Origin: Octopus bimaculoides
Taxonomy: Eukaryota
Assembly: GCF_001194135.2 (NCBI RefSeq)
Contig: NC_069003.1
Coordinates: 23,050,391-23,100,697, forward strand
Reading direction: 5' to 3'
DNA: 50,307 nucleotides
A program made the translations under genes and the position numbers. Position 1 is the stretch's first letter, and each line of letters starts with the position of its first letter. Of the stretch, positions 35,440 to 47,299 are shown piece after piece. The notes under the pieces are model-generated. The model searched no databases, was not told the DNA's origin, and saw only the letters and a list, made by a program, of their open reading frames with translations.

Positions 35440-36350
35440 GTATACAACAAGGGAGAGAGTGAGAGAGAGACGGGGACACATAGGGACAGTTTGATAGGGG
35501 AATGCTTTGATGTTAGAAAGTAGTAGGAATATTGAACAAGAAATGATTGATTGGAGGAAGATTGCAAGTAGAAGCGAAAAGACTGAAAAAGAATGAGTTT
35601 ACGAGGAATAGAAATAAGGGAAATAATAAAAAGGTGACGAACAATGGAAGAGAGAAGGAGAATGTCGGTGGGGGATTTGTGGAGAAAGATAGGCGTTATG
35701 AGACAAAGAATAGAACATCTAAGAGATGGTGATGTCCTAGAGAAAGATACGAGATATAAAAGGGAAATCAAGATATACAGGAAGTTAAACAAAGAGGAGA
35801 CATACGTAGTGTGTGCAGACGTGTGTATGGGGAATTGCGAAGAAAGCAGAAAGGGGAAGAGTGGGAAAAAGCAGAAAGAGACAGAGAGAGAGAGTAAGGG
35901 AGAGAGAGAAAGAGTGTTGAATGGAATCTTTGGAAACAAATGGAGAAATAGTGTGACAACTGATATAAAATGAGAAATTATGATAGGTAGGTAGATAGAT
36001 AGATAAATAGACAATGAGAGAGAAAGAGATGGAGAAAGAGAGAGATGTGGGAGAGAAAGAAGAGAGAGAGAAAGAAGAGAAACACAAAACGTCTCAACTC
36101 AGACACTGTGTGTGTCTTTCATATAGCTACGAAGAAGTAGTAGTAGTAGTAGTAGTATGATGGTGGTGGTGGTGGTGGTAGGAAAAGGAAGAGGAAGAAA
36201 AGGAAAGAGGAAAAAGGAAGAAGAAAAGGAAGAGGAAAAAAGGAAGAAGAGGAAAAAAGGAAGAAGAAAAGGAAGAAGAAAAGGAAAGAGGAAAAAGGAA
36301 GAAGAGGAAGAAAAGGAAGAGGAAGAAGAGGAAGAAGGAGAAGGTTATTC
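35440..36350. repeat. Purine-rich low-complexity tract ending in (TAG)n(TGG)n and AGGAAGA-type repeats
   Basis: Strong A/G strand bias on the + strand; tandem GAA/GGA units at about 36180-36345. Confidence 0.8.
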
Positions 36351-37019
36351 TTCAACAACAAAGATGATGTAAATGTTTGATGTCAGAGACACGGTGATGC
36401 CATTGACATGTGGCTCCATGAAAGCATGACAGGGTTGGTTACTGAATGTGGGATCTTGAATACCCAGGAGTCTAAGCATGGATGTTTCGTTGAGCTCCGG
36501 CGGAGAAAATATACAGATCAGCTGACTTAGCCAGGAACCTGCGGCTGCAATAACCCAAAATAAAGAAAGAAATCGTCTCGTCCTGAGTTGAAATTGAAGT
36601 GTTTTCAGGAGATAATATTTAGAAATAAATCTAGATCTTTTGGGTGTGTTGCAACTGCATTAATTCAAATAGATAAATTGTATTCCAATGTGAGTTACTA
36701 TTCGAAGAGAAACGAGAGCTTCTGTAGTGTAATTTTGGCAGTGCTTTAGAATCGATGCCATAATGGGATATTAGGATATTAGGATATTGTACAGTTTTAG
36801 CATTTATAGTAACGTGAATAACTTTGGTTGTTGCTGTTTGTGAGTGTATGGAGAGAGAGAGAGAGAGAGAAAGAAAGAGAGTGAGAGTATTTTAGAAGGC
36901 AAGGCAAAATTGAGGTGAGAGCCGTAGAAAAGGAAATTGTAATATGCAATAATATTGTAGAGAGAGATGGGCTACAATGGAAGAGTATCATACAGAGATA
37001 GATAGATAGATAGATAGAT

Positions 37020-37430
37020 AGGTTTCTTTATTAGCCACACAGGGCTCAACACAGAGGGGACAAAATACAAATGTAGAGTTTTTCTTTTCGAGGGGGTCGA
37101 AAACAAAGCAGAAAAAAAAAAACAAAAGTGGGGACAACGATGAAAAAAAAACATCGCAAAACGTTTGGGGTATTTACAAAAAATATGAAATAATACAAAA
37201 AATTCCCAATAAATGGGGAGGTTATCCGTGGAAAGAAAAACCTACGAAAAGACCACGGTAACCTCGGTCTTTAGCGTCACACTTTGTTAAATAAAATCTC
37301 TTTTATTTAAGCAAGAAACGTGAGTAACTCTCTGTTTACAAAATTTTAAAACGTTTTATAGAATCATGGTCAAGGTGGCTTCGTCATTTATACGTGCCAT
37401 TCTTGCTACATGTATCCATCTTTTTGCGAG
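37020..37430 (-). mobile_element. Probable L1/Tx1-like LINE 3' end embedded in a (GATA)n/(GACA)n tract
   Basis: The minus strand reads SRKRWIHVARMARINDEATLTMIL*, then a T-rich 3' UTR ending AATAAAGAAACC that runs directly into (TATC)n. The 5' side also abuts (TATC/TGTC)n. The clade is assigned only from the weak RW motif and overall architecture. Confidence 0.5.
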
Positions 37431-38376
37431 ATAGATAGACAGACAAACAGAGGGATAGATAAACAGACAGATAGACAGGTAAATAGATAGATATGTAGGT
37501 AGGTAGATAGGTAGATAGATAATCAATGTCCAATGGAAGATATAGATAGATAAGATAAATAGATAGACTCACAGACAGATAGATAGATAGGTAAACAAAT
37601 AGACAGGCAGACAGACGAACAGACAGATAGACAGATAAAGGGAGGAAGAGAGCGATGGAGGGAGGGATTGCGTGTGTGTAAAGCGAGAGGAGATTGTAGA
37701 ATGAAACAGAAGAGCTCTCTTCTTAACAACGTTCTCATTCCTAGTAATGGCCAACTTATTTCATTTAACATACCTTGTTTATCGTCGCTTTAAAACTAGT
37801 GTCTGTTAAACAATGCAGTTACTAGATCCAACTGCTTGATCTTCAGTCATGAAAGTTACCTCTCAGTAAACAATTGCTAACCATACTAACTTTCCCCTTT
37901 GCCATAATCTATAATCGAGAAACGAATCTCAGACTCAGAATTGATCCGTTTGCTACCTCATCGCCTAAATATGATGTGCCTTTTGCTAAGACTGCGCGGC
38001 GCAAAATCAATAACGTTTTTATTAAGAACAGCAGTGACAGAATATCTTAAATATGTCGAATAAATCGTCACAATTTACGGCATTTAAATCAACTTTTTAT
38101 TCATTTAGCAGAAAGGCTAGCGGATGCAAGCTTTGTTACTCGGCAAAAATACTAAAATATTATTATTGCATTTTGAGAACGAGATTTCAGAACTGAAGTT
38201 GAAAGTTACTGTTATTTGTGACATAACAGACAGATAAATAGAGAGGTAGATTGATAGGGAGGTAGACATTTAGGTATAATGTTGATGTAAAGATGAAAAG
38301 CAGTCAGTACAACTGTTATAAGATTGAATCCAATTTCCCAAACCGCTATGTTATCTGTACCTTTTACAGATAACTA

Positions 38377-38503
38377 CAGGGTGTCCACAAAGTGTGGGTA
38401 CATGGTGATTAACACATACTTTAAGAAATTATTATTTCCTATATTTAATTGTTTATGTTATGATTTTATTTACTCCAGGAACCCAGACTTTGTGGACACC
38501 CTG
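38377..38503. mobile_element. 127-bp Tc1/mariner-type MITE
   Basis: TA|CAGGGTGTCCACAAAGTGTGGGT ... ACCCAGACTTTGTGGACACCCTG|TA: 23-bp TIRs with 1 mismatch and a TA target duplication. Confidence 0.92.
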
Positions 38504-39299
38504 TATAATAATGAGCGGGAAATATATGGGATTTAACTTGTTTTTCTAATTTAAATTTTATCAATTTAAAAGGTAAAATATATTTCTTTGAATGGGTGAT
38601 ATTCAATTGTAATGTATCTACTTCGGGAAAATTACTAAATATGGGACGAAACTACGAGATGCTAAAAATTACTGAGTAAAAAACAATGGAAGGAGTAAAT
38701 AAACTATAAAATCATAGATCAACAGAAATAATATATTTAGAGAGAACAATCCAGTTATATTAATCCTCTCGTAAACTGAAATTGCATCTCAATTTCCATT
38801 GGCGTTCGGAGACAGCAAACTTATAATGTTGATGTGTCTTAATCAGTAATTAATGATTTCTTGTATTTCTTATAATGATTAATATTAATATTAATTATGA
38901 CTTGACAATTATTTTCACATTCGTAACATTGTTATATTTATAAAACACATGGTTGTGGTATTTTAGTGTTGTTTACTGGAAGGGTTTGGCTGTTTACTTG
39001 TGAAGCGAGAGAGCAACAGTTAAAATTGGAGACAAGTTGTTCTTTTGGATAATCAGCAGACAGATTAACAAAAAGATATAGGGAGACAAAGAAAGTAATA
39101 TTATACCAATTGAAAACTTTAAATATTCTACAGTAACTTATAACTTAACATGCAAAGATATAACTCTCTATATTAATTATATTCTCAGGCGATGTTTATA
39201 TATTCCTTCCTTCCTCCTAATAAACAGGCTGCGGTGAATATATTGTCGTCTAAATTACGCAAAAATCAAAATAACACTGACATCTCATTTTAACATATA

Positions 39300-39735
39300 T
39301 ATTTACAAAAATTAGATAAAAATATTTTGAAATAACAAAAGAATAAATTTATTCAATAAAATCGCCATTGGCTTCAACCACGGCCTCCAGATGACTTCGA
39401 AATCTCCTGCAACTCTTCTGGACGGTCTCCTTGCTTAAGTTGGTGAATGCTGCCATAATCCTTGCTTTTAGTTCATCTTTGGTGTTACAAGGAGTTTTGT
39501 TGGTCTCTCGCTCAACTGCACCCCACATATAATAATCAAGGGGTTGCAGGCTGGGGAGTTAGGTAGCTAGATGTTAGGGGTGATGTGGTCACAGAAATTG
39601 TCTGACAGCCATGACTGGGTTCTCCTGCTTGTGTGGCATGGTGCAGATTCCTGCTGCCAGAAATATGGTCTTCCAGCAGCCACCCTCTTGACCCAGGGCA
39701 GCACTACCTCCTCCAGGCTCTTGATATAGGCCTAT
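39300..39735 (-). mobile_element. DD37D (maT-type) transposase C-terminal remnant
   Basis: YIKSLEEVVLPWVKRVAAGRPYFWQQESAPCHTSRRTQSWLSDNFCDHITPNI*LPNSPACNP(fs)LDYYMWGAVERETN...FRSHLEAVVEANGDFIE*. Confidence 0.9.
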
Positions 39736-39741
39736 GGACAA

Positions 39742-40030
39742 ATAACGCAGTGCTTGAAATTTCCCAGCATTAAATTACATGTTATTTTGTTCAGACCATT
39801 TGTATATTGCATTAAATCTCTGCAAGCTTGTGACATCGTCATAATTCTTTATTTTCTGTAATAACTTTGAATCATCAGCGTAGCAAGAGACAGTGACTGA
39901 ACGACCGAATGACCATAGGCATGTCTAAGTGATCTACTATAAACAGTAACGGCTTCAACACAATTCCTTGGGGGACACCACTCAGAATTTGTGTTTCCCT
40001 TGAGAGAGTGCCATTGGTTGCAACTGCCTG
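39742..40030 (-). mobile_element. CR1-clade RT fragment (catalytic region)
   Basis: ILSGVPQGIVLKPLLFIV...YADDSKLLQKI...YKWSEQNNM*FNAGKFQALRY. Confidence 0.85.
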
Positions 40031-41449
40031 TCTTCAATTTTTTTTAGGTAGTCATTCTCGTAGTTTAGCAGTAATTTCAAGATCCCGCAGCACACTGTGC
40101 CCAGAGTGGGAATTTATCATTTTCGAAAGTTCTCCAGGTATTTGAAATACATATTTTCTGCTTCTCTAAACTCAAGGGATTACAAATCAAAAAATCAGAG
40201 TTTAAAATAATGTATGGTTCAATTTTTATAGCTCTTTAAAGTCAGCCAATTTAACGAAATTTACGTTTTTTTTAGTATCATGAGATTGGACATATTTTCT
40301 TTAACCTCTGTTCGAACTTATTTAGAAGTATTTTTTATTATCTTTCAATCAAGCTACAGCCAAGAGTGTATAGGCCAACATAGATTCGAGAAATTTGAGA
40401 AAATAGGAGATGCACGAAACATTTAAGTTTTTAATTGGAATATCCAAATTTTTGGTAAAACTCCATTCAAACTTCATACTTTAAAAAAAATGACAAATTT
40501 TGACATATTAAGGGCTAACATATTAGACATCCTCAACATTTTATGTTAAAAGGCCACACAGATAGTATAATTCCAGTTTGGGTACCAAAAATCAAAACCA
40601 ACCAAAATTGGGTAAAATCGGTAGTTATTGACCCCCAACGTGATTAAACAACTATAAAAACAGGAAACATAAATAGACTCCCAACCTAATAAATTTCTTG
40701 AAATAATTCATCTTAAATGCACTTTTTTGGCCTATTTTATGGGGTAAAAATCTGATTAGGAAGGCCTGGACGATTTTGTCTTGCTTATGCCGAAATTGAA
40801 GACGGGCCAAAATACGAGATAACAAAAAGACAATATTCCCAGAAAATGCCTGCATTTAAATTTTACCATAGTCTACCTCTTCCCCCAAAAGAAAAATACA
40901 ATGTAACAACCCCCCCCCCCATGATTCACAAGGAAAATCAGAATCATTTGCACTAAATTGTGAAAACTGATCACTTATTAAACTCAACAAATATTGAAGC
41001 AACAATGCAAAACAATAAATATGCGTGACATGGACCAGTCAGTAATCTAGTGATTCTATTCTTGATTGTTCTTCTGTCAAAGCAGACGCCTTCTATGTTT
41101 TGAAGAACGAGCTGTGTAACCAACTTCACCATAAACTTGGGCTAGGACGTTTCGAAGCAATTGCTGGATGCGACATGATGGACATTCTTCTGAAGATGTC
41201 ATGGATGTTTTCCTTGATTGAAAGTTGGCGAGATCTTGCAGACAATCATTTTTAACCGCAATGCATCAAAGAGGCAATTTTGGTCGATATGCTCTAATTT
41301 GGTTATTTAAGCTCAGACCCACATAAAAAAAGAAAACACAGATAATTTTGGTTCCAGTTGATAGCCCTTAGAATTGTGGCTCAAACGAGCCTTCAGCCAC
41401 TATCAGGTGATTATTTTAACCCGAGATATAATTTTTTTCCGGAATTAGT

Positions 41450-41845
41450 CAATCTGGGCACAATGTGCGCAGTTTGTCACATATCATGCCATATTCCACC
41501 TTGTTAAGGACCTTTGCAAATTCAAGATATACTACATATACCACATCAATATTTGAATGGTCGAGCAGCTTTTTCAAAAGCCAATCATAGTGGAGTAAGA
41601 AATACGTGGGCAGCTTGTGATTGGAAATCAAGTTGGGTTTCACTCAGCAAGTCAGAGAGATAGGCCTGTAATTTTTAGGATCTACTCTGCTCCCACCTTT
41701 ATTGATATAGCATATAATACCTTTTTATAGCTTTTGTTAAAGTTTATCAACCCCAAAGAAACTTTAACGTAGTATCTGAAGTAGTTCCTCTAAAGCCTGC
41801 TTCCATGGCTTCAAGAGAATACCTGGAAAACCATCAGTCACTTTC
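41450..41845 (-). mobile_element. CR1-clade RT fragment (N-terminal region), probably the same insertion as 39742-40030
   Basis: DGFPGILLK...NKGGSRVDPKNYRPISLT and LLHYDWLLKKL..HSNIDV..VYLEFAKVLNKVEYGMICDKLRTL, on the same strand and in the correct order relative to 39742-40030. Confidence 0.8.
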
Positions 41846-42037
41846 TATATGCGCGAGTATATGTGTATGATTGTGTGTATGTGTGTATATATATATATAT
41901 GTATATATATAATGCGTACTTATAGGTAGGTGTACATATGTATATATATGTATGTGCATATATGTACATTCATACACACACACACATGTGTATATAAATA
42001 TACACAAACATATGTATATACATATGTGTATGTATTG

Positions 42038-42220
42038 ATATTTAAAGAAAGGTTTTCTTAAAATTTATTAACTATCTAAAATACTTTTTTGAAAAACAGA
42101 ATAACACGAACTTGTTGGAAACGGAAATTTCTTTCCAAAAGTTTCGTGTTATTCCGTTTTACAAGAAGAAAAAAATTTCACGTTTCTAACAACTTTTAAG
42201 AAAATCTTTCTTGCAATATT
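42038..42220. repeat. Decayed fold-back element
   Basis: Inner arms 42093-42121 and 42132-42160; outer arms AAGAAAGGTTTTCTTAAAA and TTTTAAGAAAATCTTTCTT. Confidence 0.7.
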
Positions 42221-42468
42221 GCGACTGTATCGATTTTTTACAAAAAACTATTATATATATATATATATATATANNNNNNNNNNNNNNNNNNNNNNNNNNN
42301 NNNNNNNNNNNNNNNNNNNNNNNNNNNNNNNNNNNNNNNNNNNNNNNNNNNNNNNNNNNNNNNNNNNNNNGATAGATAGATACATGCATACATCAATACA
42401 TACATGGAGAGATAGAAAAATGCGTATATGTATATATATGCATAAATGTATTTATCTACATGCTTATA

Positions 42469-42510
<42 letters not shown>

Positions 42511-42517
42511 AATGTGC

Positions 42518-42551
<34 letters not shown>

Positions 42552-42769
42552 GGAAAGTAAAAAGAAACAAAGAAAATGCACACTAGGTGAAAAGTAATGG
42601 CTTTTTAAAATAAAAAAAAAGATATATACATACAAATAAATGATCTGAGGTGAAATTAAAAAGTATCAACATCTTTATTATGAGTCAATATACCGGTTTC
42701 GTCATCGCTGTTCACTGACTTTGAATCAACACGGAAATTGGTGAAATTCCATGAACGATTTCACAAATG

Positions 42770-43523
42770 TTCAGCATGAAGATGCTTCTTAGAGATGACG
42801 CAAAGCACATTCACTTTTGGTGAGTTCCTCTCATGCTCAACTGTGGCATGGGGATTTTCTTCGCTCTAAATGCAATCATTATACTTATTGACATTGCCAT
42901 TAGTATGAGATGTGGCCTCATCACTGAAAACAAGACGTTCCTTGAATTCGGCGGCTTCAAGTTTCTGTTGCATATCAACACAGAATTGTTTACGCTTTCG
43001 CTTGTCATCTGCTGTTATGGCCTGAACGAGCTGCAGCTTGTAGGGTTTCATTAGCAAGCGTTTCCTGAGGACGCGCCAAACTGTCGTTGGATGAATCTGG
43101 GTTTCGAAGCTTGTTCTTTTTATGCACTTCTTAGGGCTTCGCAAGAGTTTTTGGCGCACCCGCTCGACCGTCTCTTCCGATGTTAGTGGTTGTCCAGATC
43201 CTTTTGTTCTGCACAGACAGCTTTCCTCGTTGAATTTTCTGTGCCATGTCCAAATCTGCATTGCCGTTGGTGACATTTTAGAGAACTCTCTCACAAACGC
43301 ACGCTGCATAGTCTTGTTCGACTGTGTTCGAGCTTACTCCAACACACAAGACACCTTTTCTCTTCCAGTGAATGCCATTTCTATACCTGAAAAGATGACC
43401 ATATCAAACATGAATCGTAAAATTTTGACCTGTTTCTACACATGCGGTTAGAATTTGAAATCATTTGAACAAGAACTGGCAAAGTTATTAGATAGCAAAA
43501 TGATATCAAATTTTTTGAAACGT
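42770..43523 (-). mobile_element. Tc1/mariner transposase 5' half (DUF4817-type HTH and first catalytic Asp), pseudogenised
   Basis: From the ATG at 43378: MAFTGREKVSCVLE*ARTQSNKTMQRAFVREF...WHRKFNE.SCLC..KGSG.P...VWRVLRKRLLMKPYKLQLVQAI...LVFSDEAT.HTNGNVN. Confidence 0.88.
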
Positions 43524-43569
43524 NNNNNNNNNNGCCCGTCAAATACATATATATATATATATCTATGTC

Positions 43570-43780
43570 TCTCTGTGTGTGTGCGTGTCTGTGTCTCTGT
43601 GCTCGTGTTTGTCCTCCACCATCGCTTGACAACCGGTGTTGGTGTTTTTACGTCCCCGTAACTTAGCGGTTCGGCTTAAGAGACAGATGGAATAAGTGCT
43701 GGGGACTATTCATTCGATAAAAACTTTTCAAGGTCGTGCACCAGCATAGCCGCAGTCTAATAACTAAAGCAACTAAAAAT
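43570..43780 (+). mobile_element. SINE family A 3' half
   Basis: CACCATCGCTTGACAACCGGTGTTGG...ACGTCCCCGTAACTTAGCGGTTCGGC...CCAGCATAGCCGCAGTC; it follows a 10-N gap. Confidence 0.85.
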
Positions 43781-43787
43781 AAAACGC

Positions 43788-43835
<48 letters not shown>

Positions 43836-43956
43836 NNNNNNNNNNNNNNNNNNNNNNNNNNNNNNNNNNNNNNNNNNNNNNNNNNNNNNNNNNNNNNNNN
43901 NNNNNNNNNNNNNNNNNNNNNNNNNNNNNNNNNNNGAATGTGTAAAGATCAGGTAG

Positions 43957-46230
43957 TCAAGTTTGTATATTAAGGTGTGGTCTGTGCTTTTGTATGAGCT
44001 GCTTTTCCTTGTTTAGGTGTTCTTGTAAAGAGATTGAATCTTTGCATTGATATAATGGAAAGATATGGAAATTCAGTGTTTTATTTCTTGCGCATCTCTC
44101 GATATGTTCACTCAGGGCTATCTGCCTATATTGAGGAAAACGAATCTGTTCTTTATGCAGCGTGACTCTGCGTCTCAAAGTAAGGCTCGTTTGTCCCACA
44201 TAATTGTGGCCACAACCTGAGCAGTTTAAGACATAGATAAGTTTCTGGGAAGTACATGTGAAGTTGGTCTCAATTGAGAATTTTTCTCCTTGCTGGAATG
44301 TGAATTCCGAGCCTTCAGTTAGGTATGGGCATGTACCACAATTAGGTCGTCTGCATTTTTTAACTGTTGGTATCATATGTATTGAGTATAATTTTGCATT
44401 TGTTAGGAGTCTCTTGAGTGATTTGTGTTGACTTTTGCATTTGAGGAGTTTATGTGTATTTAGGATGTTCATTTTCGGGTCTTGAGTGAGCAGAGGGAGA
44501 TTTTGTGTAATTGTGTTATATGCTTCATTGTTTCTGAGGTTGTGGGTTGATATGTATGGGAGTGATTTAAAGTGAAGTGTGGTGTTTTGTTTTGCTGTCC
44601 TTAGTGTGTTTGTGTCCAATTTCTTGGCACGTTTAATTCCATGGTCTATAAGTGTGGGTGGGTATTGACTTTCAATGAGTGTTATTTTGAGGTCTTGTAG
44701 GCAAAGTCACCGAGTGGTTGTGTCAGATACAATTGTACAGATCCTTTTTTGCTAGATTGAATGGTATATCTATTTTGGTATGTTTAGGATGGCATGAACT
44801 GAAAAGGAGATGCTGTTTTGAGTCTGTTGGTTTGTAGTAGATGTCAGTTGCAATTTGGTTGTTGGATATTTTTATAATCAAACTATCCAGAAATGGGATC
44901 TGTTCCTTGCTATATTCCATTGTAAATTGAATATTAGAGTTTATATTTGTTCCGTGTGGATTTGAAATCCAGAAGTTTACCATAGGTTTCATTCCAGATG
45001 ATAAAAAATCGTCCAGGTACTTTTCCAGTTTTCTCTTATACACTGGTGGAATGGGGGTCCAAATTTTTGGAGCGAGAGTTCATATAGAGTAGATTCAAAG
45101 AAACCCATTATTAGGTTCACAAGGACAGGCGCTGCTTTTGTTCCCATCGCAATACCGCATTTTTGGCGGTAGTATGTTGCATCGAATAGGAAGTGTTTGT
45201 TTTGTAGGATGAACTTCAGAGATTTCAATGACAAAAGTCTGGTTTATGCGGGAGAACTTCGAGGTATTTTTCTAACCAGAATTTTATTGCCTCTATTCTA
45301 TAGTCATGTGGGATGTTAGTGTAAAGGTTGATAACATCGAAGGAAACTAATGGCGCTTCTTCATTGGTGGTTTTTGGTAGATGCTCTTGCATGTCCAGAT
45401 CATCTCTAATGAAACATTTAATGTATCTGAAGAAAGGTTTCAATAGTATATCCAGAAAGTTGCTTATGCGGTGTGTTTCGCAGGCTGGGCCCACTATAAT
45501 TGGCCTTGATTTTAAGTCTTCTGGTGTTGAGATATTTATGTATAGACCTGGATTTGATTTGCAGGCATTAGCAATTATTTGACACTTGTGGATTTTGGAG
45601 AGGTCATAGAAAAGGTTTGATTTGCATTTAGAGTTTATGATATAGTCTTTTTCTTTTCTGTGAAGCTTTTTCCATGTTTGAGTATTAAAGATGTAAGATC
45701 TTTTAATGTTTTTTGCTGCCTATAATTTGCAGTTTATTTATAAAAGGAGTCATTATCTAATTTGGACAATGCTAGGTTTTTATAGTATTCTGTGTCTATC
45801 AGGACTACAACACTACCTTTGTCTGCTTCTTTGATTGTCAGGTCTTTGTCGTTTTTAGCTGTAGTAGGTGTTTCCATTGTAGGTTGCTGAAGTTAGGTAC
45901 AAATTTTGGTTTATAAATAGTGTGAGGAAAATTCTAGATACGATTGCAGAAGTTGTCTAGTGTTTTATTTCTTCCTTTGGGTGGTAGATAATTACTTTGG
46001 TTTTTCACCAGTGATTCGTCATCGTTGTTGTAGTTGGTTAGTGCTTCTGTCAATCGAAGTTTTCTACAGAATTCTGCAATATTATATTTAATTTCATTGG
46101 AGTAGAGTCTACGTGGGGTGGGTATAAATTTTAAACCATTAGCTAAAATATGGATTTTTGTTGTGGAGAGAGTTTTCTTGGATAAATTATTTTGGGTTTC
46201 TCCCGTAAGTTCTATTCCAACGTTCTGTTC
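43957..46230 (-). mobile_element. Penelope-like element, Neptune type: near-complete but frameshifted ORF (RT and GIY-YIG)
   Basis: Motifs in order: NLSKKTL...LANGLKFIPTP...FCRKLRLTE; LVSFDVINLYTNIP; YRQKCGIAMGTKAAP; WK/YLDD; IPFLD...TDIYYKPTDSKQHLLFSSCHP; the Cys linker CRRPNCGTC typical of Neptune; LIYVLNCSGCGHNYVGQT...RRRVTLH. Confidence 0.93.
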
Positions 46231-46263
46231 CAAGCTTCTTACCACACAGCCGCGCCTGCACCT
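46231..46263 (-). mobile_element. SINE family A head (first about 33 nt) joined to the Neptune ORF
   Basis: AGGTGCAGGCGCGGCTGTGTGGTAAGAAGCTTG|GAACAGAACG... Confidence 0.8.
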
Positions 46264-46269
46264 ATTATA

Positions 46270-46880
46270 TGTGTGCGTATGTGTGTGTGTGTGTGTGTGT
46301 GCGTACACACATATATGTCTGTATATAGGTGCGTGTATATGTACATGCATGTATCCCTAGAAACCTCTCTATATAAATGTATTTTAACGTGTTTATGTCA
46401 GTGTTTCTCTGTGCATGTCTGAGTGGATGTGTCAGCGAATATATAACTTTTTTGGTAGTATCTACGTCTATATATATATACGTATGTGTATATACGTATT
46501 TATCTATATGTGTGGGTATTTCTCTTTATGTATATTTACTATATTCACGTGTGTATATAATTGTATGTGTAAGTTTGTACATTTTTATACATGCACCAGT
46601 GTATGTATGTGTGTCATATACATTTTTACGCGTATATCTATATATACGTAGATATATCTGTCTGTCTGTCTGTCTGTCTCACTGTATTTATGTGTGTGTT
46701 TGTGTGTGTGTCTCTCTATGTGTGTAACTGTATATATAGCTTTATTTGTCCGTATCTGTGGCAATATTCTGTATATAGGTATGCACTTATGTATATATGT
46801 ATGTACATTCATAGATATTTTCGGTGCATGCATATAAGTATACTTCAATTTATGAGCATTTGTTTGTCTGTGTATGAATG
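46270..46880. repeat. Degenerate TG/TA/TC compound microsatellite
   Basis: Directly visible. Confidence 0.9.
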
Positions 46881-47299
46881 AAAATAGTTATACATGGCAG
46901 TATTGCCTCACTCTCTCCTCCCGTCTTTCTATCTAAACACACAAATACACACACGCTGTTATCTCTAACATAGTCTCCCAAAGCTGTCCATCATCTCCCC
47001 AGGCTTCCCCTTATCTCCCCCCACCCATTTTGTCCTGATAATCGTAAATAATCAATCTGGTTATGATACTTATATAGAAAAATATTCTCATTTGCACTCA
47101 TAAACGCTTCTATTTCTCTCTTTTTGTTCTTTTTCTATCTTTTCTTTTCCCCTTTCTCAGTGTCTTCAATTCTGTCTCTTTCAATCTACCTCTATTCACA
47201 GGGCATATTTTTATTTGTCTTTCTTCTTATAACAGTTCTTCATAGACCTATCCTCATACATACATACATACATACATGCATTTTATTTTCTCTCCCTAT

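Noticed and set aside
30134-36014. Long ORFs of 312-557 aa in the track (also 7644-8509, 19108-20281, 25175-25654, 47296-48654)
   Set aside because: They are runs of X across N-gaps flanked by (TA)n, giving YI/HT/CV repeats. They are assembly and microsatellite artefacts.
36157-36372. Lys/Glu/Arg-rich 71-aa ORF
   Set aside because: It is the translation of GAA/GGA simple repeats.
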